Source: Octopus sinensis
Taxonomy: Eukaryota
Reading direction: 5' to 3'
DNA length: 64,000 bases
Assembly: GCF_006345805.1 (NCBI RefSeq)
Contig: NC_043015.1
Coordinates: forward strand, 19,840,001 to 19,904,000
Every line of letters begins with the position of its first letter. Position 1 is the first letter of the stretch. A model generated the notes under the pieces. The model was not told where the DNA came from. It searched no databases and saw only the letters and a list, made by a program, of their open reading frames with translations. A program made the translations under genes and the position numbers. Shown one piece after another: positions 54,004-64,000 of this stretch.

Positions 54004-55444
54004 CCTAAATCCTTTGTGATAAAAATTAAAAGCAGTCACTGAAGGAGTAAGTTTTAAAATCCTGTCCTGGCTTTAATCACAAGTCCTTTTGTTTATCACT
54101 CAAAACTTGAATTCTTTACTGATGTCAACATTACCAGCAGACATAAGGTTGGTCTTTTTCTTGTATTGCCCCACGTATGATACACATAAATGAATGAAAC
54201 ACACAAACACCCATGTCAACAACACACACCAATACACACTTCTCTAGTCAAATCAGTGAGACGAGGGAAATCTTAATAAAATCTAGTCTGTAGAATATTT
54301 TTCTTTCTCTTCTAAAAGTCCTGGTATTATGTTGGTCTATAAAATTACTTGGGTTCAGCATATATCTATAAATGTATGTATACATAAAAAATTCTCCATA
54401 ACTATTTGTAGATGAATGAGCTATCAATTATAAAAAAAATAATGAAAATAGAGTGTGTGTGTGTGTGTGTGTGTGCATGCATGTACACATGCATACATAT
54501 GCTCACACATGCATAGATAATTATGCTTAATATTCTACAGATAGAAATAAAGATATAAGTAGTTCTTCAGTTATCTCCAGCATTCCAACATTAATTCCAA
54601 TTTTTCACATGTTCTGTTAGAAAAAAAAATGTCACCACACCCTGTTATGAAAGCCAAATTAACTTACTACTTATATTCCAGTAATGTGTACATTTAGAGC
54701 AGAAAGGATATCAAGTGTGGATAGGAGAAGCACACACACATATATACATGCTTTCAGGGCACAGATGGCTGAACCAATAAGATAGAGGTGAAAACAAGTG
54801 AGCATATGGAACTATCAGCCCATATGCTGCCACTATCACTTTGTTGTAGTCTCAGATAAGACATTAAAACTCTCTGAGGCCAAATCCACCTGACTCTTAA
54901 AGTAGCTTTACACAAAGCAGTTTAGTTCCTTAAGTCTGGAAAGCTGGGGAAGAGATTGCTGTGTATTTTTTGACAGATATCAAGGGATTTAGATGATGGC
55001 ATGTGGATTACTCTCAAGGAACCAAAAGCATGTGTGCATACACACACTTTCAATTTAATCCCTTCACATTCCATTGGAGCTGTGCTTATCTCCAGTTTGT
55101 AACGTTTAGTGGTATGGGAGATAAATCTCCTTTTGGATAATCTGCTAGTCAACCACAGGTGACTTAGCATAAGTAGACTTGACTTAAACACAGCCAGCCA
55201 AAGTTTATAACGCAGCTGTTGCTTATTCTTTTATTTGTTTCAGTCATTTGACTGTGGCCATGCTGGAGCACTGCCTTTTAAGTCAAGCAAATCGACCCCA
55301 GGACTTATTCTTTGCAAGCATAGTAGTTATTCTATTGGTCTCTTTTGCCAAACCACTAAGTTTCAGGAACATAAGCACATCAGCATCGGTTGTCAAGCAA
55401 TGCTGGGGGAACAAACACAGACACACAAACATACACACACACAC

Positions 55445-55477
<33 letters not shown>

Positions 55478-56353
55478 CAACAGGCTTCTTTCAGTTTCTG
55501 TCTATCAAATCCACTCACAAGGCTTTGGTCGGGCCGAGGCTAAGTAGAAAGACACTTGCCCAAGGTGCCATGCAGTGGGACTCAATCCAGAACCATGATG
55601 TTCGGAAGCAAGCTACTTACCATACAGCCACTCCTGTGCTTACAGCAGAGAATTATTATTCTACTTCTGTAATATCTTATTTACAGCAAAATGGATTTGG
55701 CTGCCAAGATGCTAACCTCTATGCAGATTATTACCCAACACCTTCACATCTCAGCCATCCATATCTCCAAAACTTAAATAACAGAAAATAAACAAGATGA
55801 CACAAATGACCTAGGCATCACAAAGGAAGTTATAGAATATAAAGTTTTGAGTATCTGCAACTGATCTAAGCAGCATCCTGATCATGCTTTCATTCATTTA
55901 GCATCACTTCATCTATACACCAAAACATACATCACAGAGGAAGCTAAAAAAAAAAACTTTTTTGAATCAGCAAGAAACAGAATTTTTGAATGCAGACCAG
56001 AAATAATATTTTCAGTTTTTTCAAGGTATTTACTTGTTCAATTGCAATCAAAAATATATACAGATGAAAGATCGGAAAAGGTAAAAAGAAAAAAAATTAA
56101 AAAAAGAAAATACCTATCTGTAAATCAAGGAACACATTTATGTGTCACAAACATTCAAAGACATTTGAAATATTTTCTATTTCGTTTCTATTCTATGAAA
56201 CAAATTGTTAACTCTTAATTATATTTATTTAAAAATGTTAAAAAATTAAAATTTTAATATTTAATTTGTATAGTTGTTTGAAATCTTTTGTTTTAACATT
56301 TTAACATGTGTATTTATGCACAAAACAAACCTGCAATGTGTGAAATATATATA

Positions 56354-56520
56354 TATAATCAAAATAAGCAACAAGAATGACTCCAGTAATTTGGAGTCAT
56401 TCTTGTTGCTTATTTTGATTATAATCACCCCACGGATTTTTATGGCTAACACCATACAAAATTCTGGTGCATCTATATTAAGTACCATATTCATTAGAAT
56501 CTAAATTTTTGCTGAACTTA
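56354..56520 (+). mobile_element. Short copy of the same Penelope-like family with a 32-bp perfect hairpin
   Basis: Arms 56354-56385 and 56392-56423; tail cattcttgttgct..ataatcacccca..ggtgcatc..gtaccatattca is homologous to the other two copies. Confidence 0.6.
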
Positions 56521-56544
56521 TATATGTATATGTATATATACATA

Positions 56545-57012
56545 CAAGGGTGAGTCAAAAACTAATGCTATTTTGTTTCGGACAGGTATAATTACCAAAA
56601 CAGGAACATGTATCATACATCAAAATGAAGCTGGTACTCTGTGGATCACATCTCTACTTCTCAACATTGTCACCGTTTCTCTCAATAGCAATGTTCCACC
56701 TTTGAATGAGAGCATGTATCCCTGCCCCGTAAAATTTGAGCCACTTCTTTACTAAAGTTTTCACTTCCTCGTCACTGGAATAATGTTTGCCTCTCAAACC
56801 CTCTTTCATGGGGCCGAAGAGATGATACAGGGCAGGGATACATGCTCTCATTCGAAGGTGGAACATTGCTATTGAGAGAAACGGTGACAATGTTGAGAAG
56901 TAGGGATGTGATCCAGAGAGGACCAGCTTCATTTTGATGTATGATACACGTTCCTATGTTAGTAATTATACCTGTCCTAAACAAAATGGCATTACTTTTT
57001 CACTCATCCTTG
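56545..57012. mobile_element. mariner-derived fold-back MITE
   Basis: Termini CAAGGGTGAGTCAAAAA and TTTTTCACTCATCCTTG flanked by TA; ~183-bp arms; remnant YHLFGPMKEGLRGKHY..RWNIAIERNGD resembles a mariner transposase C-terminus. Confidence 0.82.
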
Positions 57013-57042
57013 TATATATACATGTGTATGTGTGTGTATGTA

Positions 57043-57107
<65 letters not shown>

Positions 57108-58022
57108 TACTAATATAGGATGAAGTTTTTTACAGAAAAAAATTATATCAAAAAAGTGGTAGCATATTAAAATACCTTTAAAGGTTAAAATTATAAACAA
57201 CTTATAAACAAGGGCAAAAGAAAATTATTTCTATGCCAATATGCTGATAACAGACTTTTAAATCATCAGTTTCCACATGTATATTTTTAGAATGACATTA
57301 TTGGTTAGGTGTAAGAGGCTGGATCTGGTCAGTTTTAGCATAAAACAGGTAAAATATTTGAACTGGATGTGGCAAGATTAAATGCTAAAGGGTTAAAGAC
57401 TTCTCATTATCATCATTGTCTATTACTTTACGTGATAATAAACCTTTTGCAGGCAAGTTTGCAAGGCATGTATAAAATTCTTAGAAAGGTAAGGTACTTG
57501 CACACATATTAGTGAACTGATAGACATATGTACATATATGAACAAGCAGGCAAATAAAAGCAAAATTTTTCACATTTGGTAGATGTCACAAGCTCCGTAT
57601 GACTTTGCGGATGGATCAATCCCATCAGATATTGGGGAAGGAGTAAGGAAGGGATCTGAGACAAGTTCAAGATGGCTTCTAGATGTTAGTCTTCTATTGA
57701 TCAGCTTAGGCCATGTGGTGTTATTGGTTTGGAAGAGACATCAGTTATTTTCTTACTCTTAGGTTCACATGCTTTCCACCAAAGTGGTGACTGCTCCCTG
57801 CCAACACCTTGTTCAGGCATGTGAGTGTAAGTATAAAGAAAAAAACTGGTGTCACTTCCATAGATTAACACCATGTGACCTGGGGTGACCAAAAGAGGCA
57901 TTAACATCTAGAAGCCATAAGCCATTTTGAATTTGTCTCAAATTCCCTACTCCTCGTGATATCTGAAATGGGGCTGTCCAACGTTATCACAAATCTAAGT
58001 CATGTGAAAGGAGCTATGTCAC

Positions 58023-58064
<42 letters not shown>

Positions 58065-58209
58065 AAAAGCAATAAAGATTCAAGTAATTTAAATGAATTT
58101 ACTTGAATATGGTACCTAACTTAGATGCACCAAAAAAAACTATCTGTTTTAACAATACAGTAATGTGGGGTGATTATAAGCGAGAAAGAAGCAACAAGAA
58201 TGGATAGGT

Positions 58210-58299
58210 TTTTAGTACAATCGTTTCATACAAGGACAGGCTTTATTAAAAGTTGTAAAATTACAGCATATAAACGTGTCCCGTACTCATCAGCTAAAA
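58210..58299 (-). ncRNA. Mirror-image hammerhead ribozyme in the left arm of the same hairpin
   Basis: Reverse complement of 58399-58489 with one 1-nt indel in loop II; all core nucleotides intact. Confidence 0.72.
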
Positions 58300-58398
58300 T
58301 ACATGTGAGTTCTCTAGACATCCTAGTGGTTGAGGCTATAGACATCCTAGTGGTGAGTATAGCCTCAACCACTAGGATGTCTAGAGAACTCACATGTA

Positions 58399-58489
58399 TT
58401 TTAGCTGATGAGTACGGGACACGTTTATATGCTGTAATTTTTACAACTTTTAATAAAGCCTGTCCTTGTATGAAACGATTGTACTAAAA
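58399..58489 (+). ncRNA. Minimal type I hammerhead ribozyme (Penelope-type)
   Basis: Stem I TTTTAG/CTAAAA; core CTGATGA 58405-58411; stem II GTACGGGAC/GTCCTTGTAT; GAAAC 58472-58476; short stem III AC-GATT-GT; predicted GUA cleavage triplet 58481-58483. Confidence 0.75.
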
Positions 58490-58520
58490 ACCTATCCATT
58501 CTTGTTGCTTCTTTCTCGCG

Positions 58521-58551
<31 letters not shown>

Positions 58552-58905
58552 CAGGGTGTCCCAAAAAAATGTATACACAGACTGCAACAGTCTGTCATGC
58601 CAAGCATTAGAGAGGACTTTGAACAGGAAGAGTTTTATTTCCAGCAAGATGGGGCACCTCCACACTACCATCGCGATGTTAGATCCTTTCTTGATGGGAT
58701 CTTGCCAAACAGGTGGATTGGACGGAGAGGTTTTGTCGAATACCCTCCACGTTCACCAGACCTCACACCACTAGACTTCTTTTTATGGGGATACCTAAAG
58801 GACAAAGTCTACGCACAGAAACCTGCAACAGTCGTTCAATTGAGGGCAACCATTGAACATGAATGTACGAATATCCCAAGGGAATTGTTCCATGATGTGT
58901 GCCAT
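58552..58905 (+). mobile_element. Partial inverted copy of the 58936-59471 transposon
   Basis: Reverse complement of 59118-59471; I noted one substitution (RDV vs REV); truncated after HDVCH. Confidence 0.9.
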
Positions 58906-58935
58906 GCCCTTGTTTATAAGTTATATTTATATATA

Positions 58936-59471
58936 CAGGGTGTCCCCAAAAAATGTATACACATCTTAAATAATTGTAAATTTGGGGTTTATTATAATTC
59001 GAATAATTTTCAACATGTAAAAGAATTTACAAATATCATTCTATTGTCTTGTTATCGCATGTTTTCAAACTGATGTCCGTTCTGCTCCAGACACTGCTGA
59101 CAACGCGAAGCGATGGAATGGCACACATCATGGAACAATTCCCTTGGGATATTCGTACATTCATGTTCAATGGTTGCCCTCAATTGAACGACTGTTGCAG
59201 GTTTCTGTGCGTAGACTTTGTCCTTTAGGTATCCCCATAAAAAGAAGTCTAGTGGTGTGAGGTCTGGTGAACGTGGAGGGTATTCGACAAAACCTCTCCG
59301 TCCAATCCACCTGTTTGGCAAGATCCCATCAAGAAAGGATCTAACTTCGCGATGGTAGTGTGGAGGTGCCCCATCTTGCTGGAAATAAAACTCTTCCTGT
59401 TCAAAGTCCTCTCTAATGCTTGGCATGACAGACTGTTGCAGTCTGTGTATACATTTTTTTGGGACACCCTG
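58936..59471 (-). mobile_element. Internally deleted Tc1/mariner element (maT/rosa-like) retaining the transposase C-terminus
   Basis: TIRs CAGGGTGTCCC..AAAAAATGTATACACA at both ends, flanked by TA; ORF with FQQDGAPPH and YPPRSPDLTPLDFFLWGYLK. Confidence 0.9.
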
Positions 59472-59505
<34 letters not shown>

Positions 59506-60300
59506 GTGACATAGCTCCTTTCACATGACTTAGATTTGTGATAACGTTGGACAGCCCCATTTCAGATATCACGAGGAGTAGGGAATTTGAGACAAATTCA
59601 AAATGGCTTATGGCTTCTAGATGTTAATGCCTCTTTTGGTCACCCCAGGTCACATGGTGTTAATGCTATGGAAGTGACACCAGTTTTTTTCTTTATACTT
59701 ACACTCACATGCCTGAACAAGGTGTTGGCAGGGAGCAGTCACCACTTTGGTGGAAAGCATGTGAACCTAAGAGTAAAGAAAATAACTGATGTCTCTTCCA
59801 AACCAATAACACCACATGGCCTAAGCTGATCAATAGAAGACTAACATCTAGAAGCCATCTTGAACTTGTCTCAGATCCCTTCCTTACTCCTTCCCCAATA
59901 TCTGATGGGATTGATCCATCCGCAAAGTCATACGGAGCTTGTGACATCTACCAAATGTGAAAAATTTTGCTTTTATTTGCCTGCTTGTTCATATATGTAC
60001 ATATGTCTATCAGTTCACTAATATGTGTGCAAGTACCTTACCTTTCTAAGAATTTTATACATGCCTTGCAAACTTGCCTGCAAAAGGTTTATTATCACGT
60101 AAAGTAATAGACAATGATGATAATGAGAAGTCTTTAACCCTTTAGCATTTAATCTGGCCACATCCAGTTCAAATATTTTACCTGTTTTATGCTAAAACTG
60201 ACCAGATCCAGCCTCTTACACCTAACCAATAATGTCATTCTAAAAATATACAAACATTGAAATCTTGAAGCTACAAAAGAATGCATGATTAATTCAAAAC

Positions 60301-60868
60301 AATGTCTGATCTCTAACTGTGGAGGGAACCTGTGGTAGAAGCAGACCTAGGAAGACACGGGACGAAGTGGTGAAGTATGATCTTCAAACTTTGGGCCCCA
60401 GAGAGGCAATGATTAGTGACCAAGACCTTTGGTGATATGTTGTGCTTGAGAAGACCCGTCGAGTCAAGTTAAATCGTGGTCGTGGCTGATGCTAGTGTCA
60501 CATAAATGGCACCTGTGCCAGTGGGCCTCACAGAGGCAAAGTGGCTGAGTATTGGGCCTCATGGAGGCAATGACTGAGACCTTTGGCATTATGTCATGCT
60601 GGAGAAGAAGACCCGTCGAGCCGAGCAAAATCTCAGTTGTGGCTGATGCTGGTGTCATGCAAATGGCACCCATGCCAGTGGTACGTAACAGCACCTATTA
60701 CACTCCCCGAGTGGTTGGTATTAGGAAAGGCAACCAGCCGCCGAAACCATGCCAAATCAGACCAGAGTCTGGTGCAGCCTTCCAGTTTGCCAGTCCTGGT
60801 CAAACTGTCCGACCGATGCCAGCATGGACAGCAAACATCAAATGATGATGATGATGATGATGATGATG
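60301..60868 (+). mobile_element. RTE LINE 3' end with 3'UTR and (GAT)n tail; reference for the many 5'-truncated copies
   Basis: SLTVEGTCGRSRPRKTRDEVVKYDLQTLG remnant runs into the ..ccatgccagcatgga..aaatgatgatg tail. That tail also occurs at about 170-545(-), 1338-1550(-), 2045-2290(-), 9490-9690(+), 12160-12500(-), 18295-18630(-), 18770-19050(-), 19880-20365(+), 23640-23860(+), 27600-27830(+), 36181-36790(-), 37395-37670(-) and 46085-46282(+). Confidence 0.75.
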
Positions 60869-61329
60869 GGTGTGAATGAATAAACTTTATATCTGACAAA
60901 GAAATCTGAATGCTAAAAGGTTCACTTTGTTTCCATTTGGCTTATTTTACCTCCAAGTCAGCCTTGATCAAACAGGACTACATTATTAATTGAATGTTTT
61001 GGTTTTTATTTTGTTTTAAAGATGGTAGGGTCTGATTTGAGGGAGATTTAGCTGTAGTTTCTTACAGCTGAGCAACCACATGAACTCACAAATCATCAGC
61101 TTAATTTATTATAAATTGTTGCATGCTGGAAACAATAGGAAATGTATCAATGGAGCCAGTTTTGCAGTATTGCAAACCCATCAAACCTATGCCCATGTTA
61201 TTCCAATATGATGACAATGTTAAAGAGAAGAATGCTATCGATGATACGAAATGGAATCTTTGAATTACATCATTAACAATCTTCTTGATTGAAGAAATTA
61301 CCATAATGTATGAAAATTCCTACATTTTC

Positions 61330-61385
61330 ACACACACACTTATTTGCATGTGCACGCACATACACACACACACACATGCTCTTAT

Positions 61386-61422
<37 letters not shown>

Positions 61423-61429
61423 CTCTTAT

Positions 61430-61461
<32 letters not shown>

Positions 61462-61580
61462 GCTCTTATCTGCACACACACACACACACACACACACATG
61501 CTCTTATCTGCACACACACTTATCTGCACACACACATACATGCATATGCATGCACACACATACTTATCTGCACACACACA
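61330..61580 (+). repeat. Compound (CA)n-ATGCTCTTATCTG minisatellite
   Basis: Fixed linker separated by variable (CA)n runs. Confidence 0.9.
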
Positions 61581-62143
61581 CACCTTACTAAAAGGAGGCA
61601 ATGCAACAGGTAAGAAAAAGGGTAGAAAAAAACCAACAGACAGCAAAGAAACACAATAGGGGTGAGACTAACTCTTTCCATGCCAACCACCCAAGGCTGC
61701 ACCTTGTTCTACGATACAAACTCCATGTTTTAAACTGGTTTACATTAAAACCTTCCATCAAAATTTGATTTAAGTTCCAAGGGCCAGTTTAATTAATGAC
61801 AAAGTTATTTTACAAAATTCGCTATTTTCGAAATTAAATGAAACAAAGTAAATTTCAACAGAAATATGGTACCAAAAGGGTTACGGTACATTACTGACAA
61901 TAACAAGAGTGTGAGTTCAAATTTACTCTGGTAATCATGTTTTACTATTGAGCAAAGCACCTAATTCTGCTGCCCTTCTTCTCCCAGGTTATCCGCCTTG
62001 AAAAAGAAAAAAAAAGTCCACTTTTATTTTATGGTTGAGTGGTTAGCAAAGGAAGGACAGCCAACTGTAAAATGAATTGCTCCAACAGCAACTAAATATA
62101 CCCAGTTTGCTTTTCACCCATCCACAGTTGATAAACTGATTAA

Positions 62144-62365
62144 CCCTTTTGTTACTGTATTTATTTTGAGATGCTCTGTGTTTCTTTCAATTAATTTTAA
62201 ATATGACAAAGAATTTAGTAAAATAACTTAGTTATCATTAAGCTAGTCTTAGGAACATAAATTGTAACTAAGGTTTGAGGGAATATTTTAATTTTAAACT
62301 TAAGAAAACAAGACATTTGTACTACAGAGCCAGAGCAGGTTTGGGCCAGGTTGATATCGAAAGGG
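62144..62365 (-). mobile_element. 222-bp TTAA-flanked piggyBac-like MITE, copy 3 (inverted)
   Basis: TTAA-CCCTTT...AAAGGG-TTAA; reverse complement of copies 1 and 2. Confidence 0.8.
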
Positions 62366-62396
62366 TTAAATACTGGTGAGATTAATGTAATAAGAT

Positions 62397-62584
62397 CAGT
62401 GGTTCCCAAACTTGTCACTATAAAGGACCCCTTTTATTTAAATGAGTTTTTCCCACAGACCCTTTTTAATATACTTCTTTGTCTCTGTGTGTGTCTCTTT
62501 CTCTCACTGATTCTCTCTCTGTGAAATTTTGAATTTACTTCATGGACCAGCAGGGGTCTGCGGAACACAGGTCGGGAACCACTG
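62397..62584. mobile_element. hAT (Charlie-like) MITE
   Basis: Termini CAGTGGTTCCCAAAC and GTCGGGAACCACTG; no clean 8-bp TSD. Confidence 0.55.
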
Positions 62585-63920
62585 TAATAGACTATCCCTA
62601 GGAAGATAGTATCTCAGCTGTACCAACACTCTAATAACCATTTTTAAGTTAAGCACAAGGCCAGCAATTTTGAAGGGAGGCTGTTGATCAATATCATAAA
62701 CACTGTATTTGACTGGTACTTTATTGACCCTAGAAAAAAACTATGAGGCCAAGAAGCTGGCTTTTCAATCATGGATTTCAGGTTCAGTCTCGTCATGCAG
62801 CACCTTGGGCAAGTACCTTCTACTACAGCTCTGAAGGATTTAGTTGAACGAATCAAACCCCTGTAATTATTTTTAAGCCTGCTACTTATTCTATTGCACT
62901 TTTACTAAACCACTAACTTACAAGGACATGAACAAACCAACACCAGTTGTCAAGCTGTAGTGGGGGTCAAACGCAACAGAAAAACACATACATAAATATA
63001 TACATAAATACACACACACACAACTGATTTTTTTCTGTTTCTGTCTAAGAAAACCCCTCAGAAGACTTTAGTCGGCCTAATACTATAGTAGAAGACACTT
63101 GCCCAAAGTACCATGCAGTGAGATTGAACCCAAAACCATGTGGTTAGGAAGCAAACTTCTTACTGCATAGGATAGTTAATTCTACATTGACTTGTTTCAT
63201 CAGGTAATAAGGTAATGGTAGATTAAAATTTGTTTCTCATTTGTTTAATGATGCATAAAACACGGTTAAGTGCAGTCATTATATTCCTCTACGGTTTCTA
63301 GAAGAATTAACTAATTTGATGAGGGATTCTTTTTGCATTTGGTGGTAGTGGAGGGGAGCGTTATAATTGGAACACACTGAAGGTATATTTAAGGGGTTTG
63401 TGTTCATTATTGGACTCTTCATATGCCCACAGATGTAGAAAGTGAAGATAATAAGAACAAGATGTTGATTCAGAAACAGTTTCTGGCAGTTGGTTTTATA
63501 AACAAGAATAAGTCAAACAACATCATCATCAGTCCACTTAAAACATACAGCTGAATGTATAAAACAAAACAAAAAAAGGAATAACAAAAAAAATCCAACA
63601 ACTTATGTAAAAACAATCTTATTTTGGTTGATAAGAAAAACTAGCTTTATAAACACAGACACTGAAAAAAAGTTATGGGAGGTTCCATTTTTAAACTTAC
63701 ATCCACGCATGAAAAGGAAAAAAAAATAGAGAAAAGTTTTGGGAAAACTTCTGCATCAAATATTTTTACTTGTTTCAATCATTAAACTGAGGCTATGCTA
63801 CAGCACTACTTTCTTGGATAAGTCAAACAAATTATCCCAGTACTTATTCTATCAAAATCTTTTGCTAAACTGCTAAGCTTTGAGGATTTTGAGGATGTAA
63901 ATAACACACACACACGAATA

Positions 63921-63959
<39 letters not shown>

Positions 63960-64000
63960 TGTGTGTTTGTCCCACACCTCCACTTGACAACTGGTGTAAG

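Larger units (their letters stand above)
58063..58520 (-). mobile_element. Penelope-like (pLTR-type) non-autonomous element with fold-back 5' end, inserted in (TA)n
   Basis: Homologous to 47599-47935 and 56354-56520; 161-bp inverted arms 58180-58340 and 58358-58519; hammerheads; TA repeats on both sides. Confidence 0.65.
57278..60252. repeat. Near-identical inverted segmental duplication (source 59118-60252; copy 57278-58905, interrupted by a ~490-bp insert)
   Basis: 57278-58060 is the reverse complement of ~59472-60252 with only a few differences seen; mirrored ORFs 57701..57907(-) and 59587..59829(+). Confidence 0.92.

Noticed and set aside
54275-54280. AATAAA as the GT92 polyadenylation signal
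   Set aside because: Plausible, but the hexamer is very frequent in this AT-rich DNA; needs 3'-end reads

Overview
AT-rich, microsatellite- and SINE-saturated animal genomic DNA; the repeat families and composition suggest an octopus (inference, not database-checked). Two protein genes are supported. (1) Seven minus-strand exons of propionyl-CoA carboxylase beta chain (PCCB) at 30629-30695, 19203-19323, 16069-16150, 13648-13771, 11291-11398, 5642-5742 and 1-94 (cut by the window edge). All observable splice sites are GT-AG and the phases are compatible; I found no upstream exon in 30.7-64 kb. (2) A 500-aa single-exon GT92/DUF23 glycosyltransferase on the plus strand (52501-54003), apparently nested antisense inside that large PCCB intron. 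The rest is tRNA-derived SINEs, 5'-truncated RTE LINE ends, Tc1/mariner, piggyBac-like, hAT-like and Helentron-like non-autonomous elements, minisatellites and local duplications. The most notable signal is a set of non-autonomous retroelements carrying minimal type I hammerhead ribozyme folds of the Penelope type. One family sits in (TA)n, and each copy ends in its own fold-back (47.6, 56.4, 58.1 kb). A second is a tRNA-headed SINE with a hammerhead tail (9.7, 43.6-44.0 kb). A third has a variant core (21.0, 42.3 kb). One hammerhead element sits in only one arm of a near-identical 1.1-kb inverted duplication, implying a very recent insertion. Repeat boundaries were read by eye and are approximate; the exon boundaries were counted base by base.
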